IMG/VR virus record: IMGVR_UViG_3300034283_002562
Direction: 5' to 3' (one strand)
Length of the DNA stretch: 64,000 bases
DNA from: an uncultured virus (IMG/VR IMGVR_UViG_3300034283_002562)
Taxonomy: Duplodnaviria > Heunggongvirae > Uroviricota > Caudoviricetes
Below, piece by piece: positions 41,479 to 50,027 of the stretch. A program made the translations under genes and the position numbers. Below the pieces are notes generated by a model. That model was given only the letters and a program-made list of their open reading frames with translations. It searched no databases and was not told where the DNA came from. Within the stretch, counting starts at the first letter, position 1, and each line of letters begins with the position of its first letter.

Positions 41479-43071
41479 TTATTTTGCACAAGTGTTAGAT
41501 TCACGTAATGTATTAAATAACAGTTTTATATCACCGGTTTCCATGTTAATTCGATTGAATAGCTCAGGATATTTCAAACTCAAAAGCGTATAAATCGATT
41601 CTTCTGTACCAATAGTATTATGGATTACTGAATTATTCAATTCTTCAGTATACAACTTGGTAATTTCATTAATTTGATCGGGTGTGCCACCGAAAAATGA
41701 GGCTCGGCATACGTAATTTTCATATCCACCTGCAAATTCTTTCAATTTAAAAATATTGTATCCATGAATTTCAGAATTTGTATAATAAGTAAATGACGGC
41801 ATGAAAAATTTATCTTTTGGAAGTTTCGTAAAATAAAATGTATCAAGCGGTTCAGTTATGTTAAAACTGCTGCATATTCCAGAATCAATCCAATAATAAT
41901 ACGAACTATGTGAGTACTTCATAGCCCGTTGCAATAATTCTTGTTTTGCAAGAGTTAATGGTACATACTCCGGTGTTGCCAACGCACTATCTTTAATCCA
42001 ATCAGATTGGGTCACCCACGTGCTTTGATTGGTTATTAGATTTACTACATCATAAAAATGCAGATTATGAATATCATTAATATCATATTTTATTAGTACA
42101 ATTGGTCGATGGGCACGAATTTCTCTAATTTTATCAAAGTATTTTTCCTCAGTATACAACACAATTGGGTGTCTACTGTGTAATAACTTTGTCAAACTAG
42201 GGAGATAATGCTCCTCAAAATCCCTATCAGAACGCCCGATATTCACCGCCATTGAAACCAACGTGATATCAGTAGGCGGTTTCCAATGGGTATCCCATTG
42301 CAAATAATCGAATTTAGGGAATGTTCTAGCATCTTGTAATTCTGCTGGGTAATAATCTTCGGGAGTTGTGCCGTCATTTGGTCTCTTCCCAGCCATTTTA
42401 CTACACGAGTCACCTAAATGAACAACATATTGACCATTTAGAAATACTGATTTAAGACCCAATCCTAAAAACCGTCTATCAATATTCCATTCGTTATGCC
42501 ATTTTTCAACACGCCCTAATAGGATTAAATCATCACGACGTTTCAAATTTGGACTACCAACCCATCCATACCAATGCAAATGATAGTCAGAAATCCGCCA
42601 CAATTTTTTATAATAGAACATTTCATCAATTAATTCCGGCTCATAACTATCAATTCCTTGCCAATCAAACGTTCTCCAGGAAATGTCGATAACACCAATG
42701 TGCCTATGTTTTTCTAGGATTGATTTTGATTGTTGCATGTACCCACCTTTTGTGAATTCCCAATCATCTTCAAGATAAAAAATATAATCAGTATCACAAT
42801 AGGAAACCATGAAATCCATGGCCCACCATTGACTGCGATTTGACGGAAAGCATACTACATCACAAAATGACCCATAGCGTTCAACAAGAGTTTCGAAAAC
42901 TCCATCAGCAGCACTATCATCAACGATCACCATTTTTGTAGGATAGTCATTAGTGTTAAGAAATGATCTCAGAGTCTTTTCTAATACATCTAATCGATCA
43001 CAACTTAATACAAAAGTTGTAATATCGGTTTCCGGCTGATCTACCGTGTGAATATGTAATTTGTTTAACAT
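41479..43071 (-). CDS. glycosyltransferase family 2-like domain fused to an HtrL/YibB-like domain
   Basis: IVDDS, LEDDW; C-terminal WIDSG and GTEESI. Confidence 0.7.
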   Translation of the reverse strand: MLNKLHIHTVDQPETDITTFVLSCDRLDVLEKTLRSFLNTNDYPTKMVIVDDSAADGVFETLVERYGSFCDVVCFPSNRSQWWAMDFMVSYCDTDYIFYLEDDWEFTKGGYMQQSKSILEKHRHIGVIDISWRTFDWQGIDSYEPELIDEMFYYKKLWRISDYHLHWYGWVGSPNLKRRDDLILLGRVEKWHNEWNIDRRFLGLGLKSVFLNGQYVVHLGDSCSKMAGKRPNDGTTPEDYYPAELQDARTFPKFDYLQWDTHWKPPTDITLVSMAVNIGRSDRDFEEHYLPSLTKLLHSRHPIVLYTEEKYFDKIREIRAHRPIVLIKYDINDIHNLHFYDVVNLITNQSTWVTQSDWIKDSALATPEYVPLTLAKQELLQRAMKYSHSSYYYWIDSGICSSFNITEPLDTFYFTKLPKDKFFMPSFTYYTNSEIHGYNIFKLKEFAGGYENYVCRASFFGGTPDQINEITKLYTEELNNSVIHNTIGTEESIYTLLSLKYPELFNRINMETGDIKLLFNTLRESNTCAK

Positions 43072-43074
43072 TAT

Positions 43075-43509
43075 TTAAATTGCCCATGATAAAATTAAGT
43101 TGTCAACAACCGTTGATGCAACTTTTCCATCATATTGTCCTGCATACGTTTCTTTTAAAGCCTTCATTGCGGATGGTTTACCACCTTCTCTCACAAATGG
43201 TATGACAAATGCTTCGATTTCCATCTCTGTTAATTGTTGCGGCAAGTATGCATTTAATATGTCGCGTTCTGCTTCATATTTTGAAACATCTACTTGTTTA
43301 GTTATCCCAACAGAGATGCATTCATTTAAATTTTTAATAAATTTTCTAATGACACTAACTTCTGCATCTGTCGATTCACGCTTACCATCATTCAAACCAA
43401 CATTTGCTGCTTCGCTATACAATGTAGTTAAAAGGTTTATTGACAATTTATCTGTTCCAGCTTTTCGTAATCCAAACAGGTCTGTTTTAATTTTTAATAA
43501 TAGTTCCAT
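43075..43509 (-). CDS. YqeY/GatB-like protein
   Basis: E..IL..YLPQQL.E.EI...YDGK pattern; start MELL. Confidence 0.75.
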   Translation of the reverse strand: MELLLKIKTDLFGLRKAGTDKLSINLLTTLYSEAANVGLNDGKRESTDAEVSVIRKFIKNLNECISVGITKQVDVSKYEAERDILNAYLPQQLTEMEIEAFVIPFVREGGKPSAMKALKETYAGQYDGKVASTVVDNLILSWAI

Positions 43510-43699
43510 GATTATACCCCTCGTGTGGTGTATTGAGCCACGCAGATGCTTCATCAGCTAACGATGCTTGTAAATTAGCAGAGATGATGACTTCTGCCAA
43601 AATATCACCAATATCATGCAAATCTGGTTGATAAAGTCCGCAGCCGTTTTCTAATAAAATTTCGTTAATACGATCTAATGTTTTTTCAATATAACTCAT
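43487..43699 (-). CDS. hypothetical protein
   Basis: ORF overlapping its neighbours. Confidence 0.5.
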   Translation of the reverse strand: MSYIEKTLDRINEILLENGCGLYQPDLHDIGDILAEVIISANLQASLADEASAWLNTPHEGYNHGTIIKN

Positions 43700-44142
43700 A
43701 AAAGTTTTAAATGTCCTGTTATTGGATCAATATTTTCTGGGTAATCCGGCCCAAGCGCTAAACAAGTAAGTGTCGGTATCCCATTAAATTCAGTTAAACC
43801 TGCATCTTTAATTAGTTTAACATTAACCTTATTGTCCAATGCTTTTTGGTAAATATCAAGTAATTCTTGCTCACTATCAACAGAAACACAAACTTTGGTA
43901 AATCTACCTTCTAACCATTCTTTAAGAGGCTGTTTATTTAATTGGATTACAGCACAATTTCCTAGCTGAGATGCATAATTGTGATAACCATCGTTATAAT
44001 CGATAGTTGCATCTAAATATATCTCGCTGTAGTTAAGAATAGCTCCTAATGATGCGTGGCTTGCTTGAGCTGCAATTTTGCCTTTTCTCATATTAAGGTC
44101 TTTTCTAACTACAATTACTTGTTTTGGTTCATTTTTTGACAT
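43696..44142 (-). CDS. pth2: peptidyl-tRNA hydrolase, Pth2 family
   Basis: KQVIVVRKDLNMRKGKIAAQASHA, DAGLTE, ITGHLKLL. Confidence 0.92.
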   Translation of the reverse strand: MSKNEPKQVIVVRKDLNMRKGKIAAQASHASLGAILNYSEIYLDATIDYNDGYHNYASQLGNCAVIQLNKQPLKEWLEGRFTKVCVSVDSEQELLDIYQKALDNKVNVKLIKDAGLTEFNGIPTLTCLALGPDYPENIDPITGHLKLL

Positions 44143-44155
44143 AATTATCCTAAAT

Positions 44156-44182
44156 AAAAAAGGTGCCGAAGCACCTTTTTTT
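44156..44182 (-). terminator. intrinsic terminator after the Ro-like gene
   Basis: AAAAAAGGTGC-cgaa-GCACCTTTTTT (UUCG loop on the minus strand). Confidence 0.85.
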
Positions 44183-44196
44183 GTTTTTACATTGAT

Positions 44197-45609
44197 TTAA
44201 ACAGCGTATCGATCGACCATAATGGTTTTTAACATGATTCCTTCTGGTGTGAATTCACTCATATCTGCCGCCAATAATGCTTTCATGATAGCTGGACTAA
44301 AACCAGATACCAATGCTGCACCAGACTTATCAGACTTAACCGGTACATTATCAGATGAATTAATATTCCAGAATACAATTTGTGGAGCTGTGTAACCAGC
44401 TGCCGCATATTTGCGTTCTACCATTTGCATCGCACTATCATCAAAACTAATGCAACGATCAAATTGCATATCAGACAGGATCAATAACATTTCTGGCATT
44501 TCTGTTTGTGGAACATTGTATTTTGTTGCAACATCAAGAATTAAATCAAACGCAGCATGTAAGTTAGTGCTCATACCCCAAGTTGATTTAACCATTTGGG
44601 TTGCTTTTTCAACAACATTACCGCGAAGAGTTAATAATTCCGGTCTTTCACTAAAAGTAATAAAAGTATCTTTAAATTTACCTTCATTTTTGTCAGCCAA
44701 GTACAAACCCAATGATACTGCAACATCCATACAGGTAATGTCCGATTTAGACATGTTACCACCAGCTCGACATGTCATCGAACCACTAACATCTACTAAT
44801 GGTAGTATATTAGCATCACCAACAAAGTTTGGCAAAGCGTCCCACTGTGCAATGATATGACCTTTTTCAGTTCTATCAAACCCATAGCCACCGATACCCT
44901 TTAATACGTCATAAGGATATACCGCACCTGCATTGACTTTAACATCAGGTTCACCCTTTACCAAAGCTTGAACGTATTCAGCAAATTTTGGAGTATGGCG
45001 ATTAAAAGCTTTTTTATACCGTGTACTAGCCAATGATGGAACATGGCTAAAGTTGATATTATCCCAATCATTCGCACACATTTGAGTTTCAACAACCTTG
45101 GTCAAAGACACTAATGTTTTGCGATATTGTTTTGGACTCCATCCTAGAAATTTACGGAATTCAATTGCAACATTACCTTTGCGCGGTGTCCATTTAGCAG
45201 CCAAGCCATTGCCATCAGTCAATGCATTTTTTAACATTGTGTAAGCTTCTGTTTTCATTTCTGGTGTTTTAAACACAAAGATATCATCCCAGCGACCTAA
45301 TTCAGGAACTTTAGATAACAATGCTTTTGCAGCATCGATATCAACCGTTTCCAAATGAGATAAAATATCTCTGAACAATTTACGTTCACCTGCACCGCCT
45401 CGAACATCTCGCGACCATAATGCAACACGCATTGCTAATTCTTTATCTTCAACATACGCCGCTGTAAAAGCAGGAATTACATCTTTACCTCTACTTGCAC
45501 CAATATTAAAGAACAAGTCAACAACTTTGTTTGTTGTTGACTTACGTGCTTTCATACCGTTTGAGGTATGAGATTCTTGATTTTCTACTGCTTCTACGAA
45601 TGTAGTCAT
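44197..45609 (-). CDS. DUF2828 + vWA protein (Ro60/TROVE-like RNA-binding protein, inferred)
   Basis: RDVRGGAGER, GRWDD, AAKWTPR; MIDAS motif DVSGSM, STN, SDMQFD, FWN, LVSGFS. Confidence 0.8.
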   Translation of the reverse strand: MTTFVEAVENQESHTSNGMKARKSTTNKVVDLFFNIGASRGKDVIPAFTAAYVEDKELAMRVALWSRDVRGGAGERKLFRDILSHLETVDIDAAKALLSKVPELGRWDDIFVFKTPEMKTEAYTMLKNALTDGNGLAAKWTPRKGNVAIEFRKFLGWSPKQYRKTLVSLTKVVETQMCANDWDNINFSHVPSLASTRYKKAFNRHTPKFAEYVQALVKGEPDVKVNAGAVYPYDVLKGIGGYGFDRTEKGHIIAQWDALPNFVGDANILPLVDVSGSMTCRAGGNMSKSDITCMDVAVSLGLYLADKNEGKFKDTFITFSERPELLTLRGNVVEKATQMVKSTWGMSTNLHAAFDLILDVATKYNVPQTEMPEMLLILSDMQFDRCISFDDSAMQMVERKYAAAGYTAPQIVFWNINSSDNVPVKSDKSGAALVSGFSPAIMKALLAADMSEFTPEGIMLKTIMVDRYAV

Positions 45610-45625
45610 TGTTGTATCTCCTATG

Positions 45626-45667
45626 TCAGGTTAGTGTGTTAATTTTGTTTTGCTGTTTACTAAACTA
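45626..45667 (-). ncRNA. CAGCA-stem module 1 (minimal copy in the 5' leader of the Ro-like gene)
   Basis: UAGUUUAGU-AAA-CAGCA...ACUAACCUGA just before SD UAGGAGA. Confidence 0.6.
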
Positions 45668-45676
45668 TAAGTGTGT

Positions 45677-45704
45677 ATTATAGCAGATTTAATTTGTTTG
45701 TCAA
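45677..45704 (-). promoter_or_regulatory. sigma70-like promoter for the Ro-like gene
   Basis: TTGACA-16-TATAAT. Confidence 0.75.
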
Positions 45705-45760
45705 TGTTTTTTTCAAGTGAACAAGGCTCAATTCAAAAAAACTAATGTATGATTTTTAAA

Positions 45761-45980
45761 ACAGGATGGCCGGAAGGATGTATTTTATTTTCTGGTTGTC
45801 ATCTACCACTTGGGGACTTAATCCACAACCATATCTGATTTAGTCTAATCAGTAAACATTCATTTTCTAATGACAATATCTATCTTTCGCGTTAGAAGCT
45901 ATCTAGATTTCTTCTAGAAATATCCGATTGATGTAAACATCACCGGAGAATAGGTTGTAATATGCAGAAACCATCCTAAA
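45761..45980 (-). ncRNA. CAGCA-stem module 2 (long, multi-hairpin)
   Basis: AGGAUGG/CCAUCCUGU terminal stem, CUGCA variant. Confidence 0.65.
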
Positions 45981-45986
45981 AAAGTA

Positions 45987-46097
45987 ACAGGCTAGTGTTT
46001 GTTGAAGGTTTATACTGGCTCTTCCTTCCAGTTCGACTAGCAGTATGTTCGCCAGTCCATCCATTATGATAAATTGGATTGCTGTATCTAGCCTAAA
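45987..46097 (-). ncRNA. CAGCA-stem module 3
   Basis: AGGCUAG/CUAGCCUGU stem plus AUACAGCA. Confidence 0.75.
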
Positions 46098-46102
46098 TAT
46101 TA

Positions 46103-46198
46103 GCGGAATAGATTATGCCATATGTTTTACTTCTAATAGCAAAGAAGTGTTTCTGAAGCGGGTATTAGCCGCGAAATTGTTGCTGTATCTATTCCTAA
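46103..46198 (-). ncRNA. CAGCA-stem module 4
   Basis: GGAAUAGA/UCUAUUCC stem plus UACAGCA. Confidence 0.7.
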
Positions 46199-46207
46199 TC
46201 TTTATAT

Positions 46208-46236
46208 ATTATATAGTAATTTTATTTCTTTGTCAA
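46208..46236 (-). promoter_or_regulatory. sigma70-like promoter upstream of modules 4-2
   Basis: TTGACA-17-TATAAT. Confidence 0.75.
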
Positions 46237-46461
46237 TAACTTTTTGATAAATAGTTATGGTAATCAAAATACTTCCAATATTTTGAAACCTAGTCTAGAG
46301 GATCTAGGCTGTCCCATAATACATTATTTATACTAGAGGAAACACTATGGCAACATTTTGTTCTTGCATCATATGCAAAAAAGAACTATCTATCAAGGGA
46401 TTTCATTCCCATTTTATTCGTTTACATACTATCGATGGTAATATAGCTACCAAACAGTATG
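46208..46461 (+). repeat. direct duplication, copy 1 (copy 2 at 48575-48828)
   Basis: Near-identical ~254 nt covering promoter, leader and the first 38 codons of two endonuclease genes. Confidence 0.9.
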
Positions 46462-47153
46462 CAGCATTATCGGTTAACAAAGTTAAACAAAACACGATTA
46501 TAAAAAATAATACAGCCAGGATTAACTATGCAAATGATCCAACACATTGTAAAGAATGTGATTGTTGTTTGCCATATAACAAACGATTTAATAATTTCTG
46601 CAACAGTTCGTGCTCTGCAAAATATAATAATCTAAAAAAAGATTATAATAAATTTAAACCAGGTCCTAAAAAAGTTATCACCGTTAAATCGAAACAACGT
46701 AAGGTAAAAGAAAAAAAAGTTATCGAAAATCAATTTACTAAAATATATCTTTGTAAATGTAAAATTTCCAATAAAGTTTGGTTCTCTCCAACTATTAAAA
46801 CTATTCATCCATCTATAACTGATACCAGAAAACAATATGCATATCAATGCAGATTTACATTTAGTATTTCTAAATATCCTCAGTGGTTTAACTATTCATC
46901 AAAGTTAATATTAACGTATGGGTGGTATAGTGCAGCAAATAAAGGGAATAACTTGTCTGGGTGTTCTAGAGATCATTTATTATCAGTATATGACGGTTTT
47001 ATCAATAATATTGATCCAATACTTATAAGTCATCCCGCTAATTGTGAAATAGTACCACATAAATTAAATCAATCTAAACATAAAAAATCTAAAATCTCAC
47101 TCGATGAATTATTACTGAGAATAGAATTATTTGATAAGATGCATGAGAGCTGA
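46347..47153 (+). CDS. putative HNH-type homing endonuclease with Zn-finger N terminus
   Basis: SRDH...HPANCEIVPHKLNQSK; FCNSSCSA. Confidence 0.75.
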   Translation: MATFCSCIICKKELSIKGFHSHFIRLHTIDGNIATKQYAALSVNKVKQNTIIKNNTARINYANDPTHCKECDCCLPYNKRFNNFCNSSCSAKYNNLKKDYNKFKPGPKKVITVKSKQRKVKEKKVIENQFTKIYLCKCKISNKVWFSPTIKTIHPSITDTRKQYAYQCRFTFSISKYPQWFNYSSKLILTYGWYSAANKGNNLSGCSRDHLLSVYDGFINNIDPILISHPANCEIVPHKLNQSKHKKSKISLDELLLRIELFDKMHES

Positions 47154-47219
47154 ACAGGAGAATCGAACTCCTCTAACATGATTTTGCAGACCATTCCATT
47201 ACCACTCTGGCAGTTCAGC
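47148..47219 (-). tRNA. tRNA-Cys(GCA); no encoded CCA, extended acceptor stem
   Basis: Cloverleaf with loop CUGCAAA and T loop UUCGAUU. Confidence 0.8.
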
Positions 47220-47241
47220 TCTCATGCATCTCTTGTTTTAT

Positions 47242-47330
47242 ACAGGTTAGCCATCTTTTTAGGGTTTTTCATGTCCCCGACCCGATGTCCGTTCTTAAGT
47301 GAAAAGTTTTGGATGCTGTAGCTAACCTTA
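47242..47330 (-). ncRNA. CAGCA-stem module 5
   Basis: AGGUUAGC/GCUAACCUGU stem plus UACAGCA. Confidence 0.75.
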
Positions 47331-47335
47331 AATCT

Positions 47336-47623
47336 TTATTCAATAATGCCGATAATTTCACTTTCACGTAGAACGATATATTCAACACCATCAATTTTTA
47401 CTTCTGTTCCCGATCCTTTAAGATACAAAGCAAGTTCCCCTACTTTCACTTCCATTGGTCGGGTAATTCCATTATCAAGTGGTTTTCCTTCACCTATTGC
47501 GACAATTTCGCCATCAATAGTTTTTTCACTTTTATCATCTGGTATTACTAAACCAAATGAGTTAGTTTTCACCACTTCTTTCTTTTTTATAAGAACTCGG
47601 TCTTCTAAAACTTGAAAATTCAT
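47336..47623 (-). CDS. groES: co-chaperonin GroES
   Basis: LEDRVLIKK...GLVIPD...GEIVAIGEG...LRESEIIGI. Confidence 0.9.
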   Translation of the reverse strand: MNFQVLEDRVLIKKKEVVKTNSFGLVIPDDKSEKTIDGEIVAIGEGKPLDNGITRPMEVKVGELALYLKGSGTEVKIDGVEYIVLRESEIIGIIE

Positions 47624-47630
47624 CGTTGTC

Positions 47631-47903
47631 CTACGCAGTTCTGTTAATCAAATGGTAGCCGAATTGGGTTTGGATTGGTGCACTTAACCCACCAACTTCT
47701 AAATCAAATGAAACATCTTCAAATGGTTGAACCATTTGTCCACGTCCAAATAGACCTAAATCACCACCACGCATTCCACTTGGGCATTTGCTAAATTGTT
47801 TGGCTAAATCACCAAATTCAGCACCTTCATTAATCTGTTTTGCTAAATCTTGCGCTTCCTCTAGTGTATCCACTAGAATATGTCTTGCTGCTACTTGTGT
47901 CAT
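47631..47903 (-). CDS. ppiC: parvulin-type peptidyl-prolyl isomerase
   Basis: ARHILV, SKCPSG.RGGDLG.F.RGQMV..F, TQFGYHLI; start MTQV. Confidence 0.9.
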   Translation of the reverse strand: MTQVAARHILVDTLEEAQDLAKQINEGAEFGDLAKQFSKCPSGMRGGDLGLFGRGQMVQPFEDVSFDLEVGGLSAPIQTQFGYHLINRTA

Positions 47904-47925
47904 AAATTCCTTTTTTAAAATTAGA

Positions 47926-48040
47926 ACAGGATACGTGTTTTTAGCCTGGCGCTCTCCCAACTGAGCTACATTTCTATTGAAATGGTAGGACTTGAACCTA
48001 CGACATCTAGGGTGTATTAAACTTGCTGAATGTATCCTAA
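47926..48040 (-). ncRNA. CAGCA-stem module 6, YrlA-like permuted tRNA mimic
   Basis: AGGAUAC/GUAUCCU stem enclosing T arm GUAGG-UUCAAGU-CCUAC, capped acceptor CAUUUC/GAAAUG and D arm UAGCUCAGUUGGGAGAGC. Confidence 0.85.
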
Positions 48041-48047
48041 AAAATTA

Positions 48048-48150
48048 GCAGGGTCACTGTATTATGCTGACATACAACCATTATACTTCTAGACGGAATC
48101 GAACCGTTCCTTCAGCTTGGCTTAATATAAAATGCTGAACTGACCCTAAA
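48048..48150 (-). ncRNA. CAGCA-stem module 7 with T arm followed by D-like arm
   Basis: AGGGUCA/UGACCCUG stem; ACGG-UUCGAUU-CCGU. Confidence 0.8.
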
Positions 48151-48152
48151 TT

Positions 48153-48227
48153 TGGAAGCGGGAGTTGGATTTGAACCAACGACCTCTGGGTTATGAGCCC
48201 AGCCATCTACCACTGATATACCCCGCG
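48153..48227 (-). tRNA. tRNA-Met(CAU), initiator-like
   Basis: Cloverleaf, 1:72 mismatch, GGG/CCC anticodon stem, CCA. Confidence 0.9.
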
Positions 48228-48357
48228 ATAATTCTTGTTATAACTGATACTATAGTTGATGTATATTTGATCTATGATCGTTATTATTAGTATATGATAT
48301 AGCATCAGTTATTTTTAGTAGTATACTTGATAATATTATAGTTGTCAAGTATTTAAA

Positions 48358-48415
48358 ACAGGCTCATTTTTTCTTGTTTGCAATAAGATTATGATATGCT
48401 GAATTGAGCCTAAAA
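48358..48415 (-). ncRNA. CAGCA-stem module 8 with Cys(GCA) anticodon-like hairpin
   Basis: AGGCUCA/UGAGCCUGU stem; UCUUA-UUGCAAA-CAAGA. Confidence 0.75.
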
Positions 48416-48417
48416 TT

Positions 48418-48491
48418 TGGAGCGGACTACGAGATTCGAACTCGTTTAGCTAGCTTGGAAGGCTAGAGCACAACCCATATGCCAAGTCCGC
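48418..48491 (-). tRNA. tRNA-Gly(UCC)
   Basis: Cloverleaf, CUAGC-CUUCCAA-GCUAG, CCA. Confidence 0.9.
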
Positions 48492-48499
48492 AATGTTTA

Positions 48500-48559
48500 A
48501 CAGGATACGTTTTATTTCACCAATTGAAAGTTTTTGTATTTGCTGAATGTATCCTAAAA
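48500..48559 (-). ncRNA. CAGCA-stem module 9
   Basis: AGGAUAC/GUAUCCUGU plus AUUCAGCA; promoter at 48575-48603. Confidence 0.75.
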
Positions 48560-48713
48560 CTGTTTATACTATACATTATATAGTAATTTTATTTCTTTGT
48601 CAATAACTTTTTGATAAATAGTTATGGTAATCAAAATATTGGGAGTATTTTGAAACCTAGTCTAGAGGATCTAGGCTGTCCCATAATACATTATTTATAC
48701 TAGAGGAAACACT

Positions 48714-49547
48714 ATGTCAACATTTTGTTCTTGCATCATATGCAAAAAAGAACTTTCTATCAAGGGATTTCATTCCCATTTTATTCGTTTACATACTATC
48801 GATGGTAATATAGCTACCAAACAGTATGGAAAACTATCTACATTTAAAAATAAACAAAATGCAGATTTAAAAAATAATTTTATTAGAATCCAATATGCTA
48901 ATATTCCTAGTCACTGTAAAGAATGTGACTGTTGCTTACCATATGAAAAACGTTCTAATAGTTTTTGTTCAAGTAGTTGCAGTGCAACTTACAATAACAA
49001 CTTGCGTTCAGTAGGTGGATATAAAATGTCAATTAATTCTAGACAAAAAATATCTGAAAAAAATACTGGGCACTTGAAACCGATTTATACCAAAATTGCA
49101 TGTTGTAAAATATGCAAAAAATGGTTTGCTGGTACAAATAAAACCTGCTCACTAACCTGTAGAAATATGAGCTTTTCATTAACCGCCAAAAAAACAAAAT
49201 TAGGCGGTAATAAAAATACCAGAGCTTATGGTTGGTATTATTCAAAATTTGCTGGTAAGGTTTGGCTAGAATCATCTTATGAATACAAAGTTGCAAAAGA
49301 ATTAGATGACAATAACATTAGATGGATACGTCCATCTTTCCTTTTTTATACCTTAAATAATATAAAAAAGAGATATTACCCAGATTTCTTTTTAGAAGAC
49401 TTCAATATCTTCCTAGATCCAAAAAATGATTACCTTATTATACAAGATCTTGAAAAAATAGAATGCGTTAGAAACCAAAATAATGTAAAAGTATTAGTTT
49501 TAACTAAATTTCAATTATCTTGGAAAATAATACATTCATTGTTGTAA
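48714..49547 (+). CDS. putative PD-(D/E)xK (TnsA-like) homing endonuclease
   Basis: ESSYE...RYYPDFFL..FLDPKN. Confidence 0.78.
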   Translation: MSTFCSCIICKKELSIKGFHSHFIRLHTIDGNIATKQYGKLSTFKNKQNADLKNNFIRIQYANIPSHCKECDCCLPYEKRSNSFCSSSCSATYNNNLRSVGGYKMSINSRQKISEKNTGHLKPIYTKIACCKICKKWFAGTNKTCSLTCRNMSFSLTAKKTKLGGNKNTRAYGWYYSKFAGKVWLESSYEYKVAKELDDNNIRWIRPSFLFYTLNNIKKRYYPDFFLEDFNIFLDPKNDYLIIQDLEKIECVRNQNNVKVLVLTKFQLSWKIIHSLL

Positions 49548-49633
49548 TGGAGCTGAGTGTGGGACTCGAACCCACGGTGGGTGTTAACCAACGGCTTACA
49601 AGACCGCTCTAATCGCCGCTATAGGAACTCAGC
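49548..49633 (-). tRNA. tRNA-Thr(UGU) with long variable arm
   Basis: GCGGU-CUUGUAA-GCCGU, extra arm, T arm, CCA. Confidence 0.75.
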
Positions 49634-50027
49634 ATAGTTAGTACTGTTATGTGGGACCGTTTTTAAGATCCCACATAACAGTGTTCTTTACAATTTAACC
49701 TTTGTACCACACACAGTGCAGGTGCCATTGAGTTTTTTGAAATCAAGATTAAAAACTCTCATACCGGTACCGTATGTTTTATCTTGAAACTCATGTTTAC
49801 AATTACATTTCTTTACTTCTACAGCCATTATGCACCTCTTTTAATAAGAATGTTAATACGATTTTGATATTTACGTTTATCACGTGGTCTAACAGTTTTT
49901 TCAACTAGTTCTTGTAATTTAGCTAAACTAAAATTACCAATTCTAACCTTACCATTTTTAGTTTGATTAGGGTTAGCTTTTCTGTTTCCTTTACTAATAG
50001 TTGCCATTTGATGTCCTTATTATACTA

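Noticed and set aside
46045..46239. 64-aa plus-strand ORF
   Set aside because: Overlaps ncRNA modules 3 and 4 and a promoter; no coding features.
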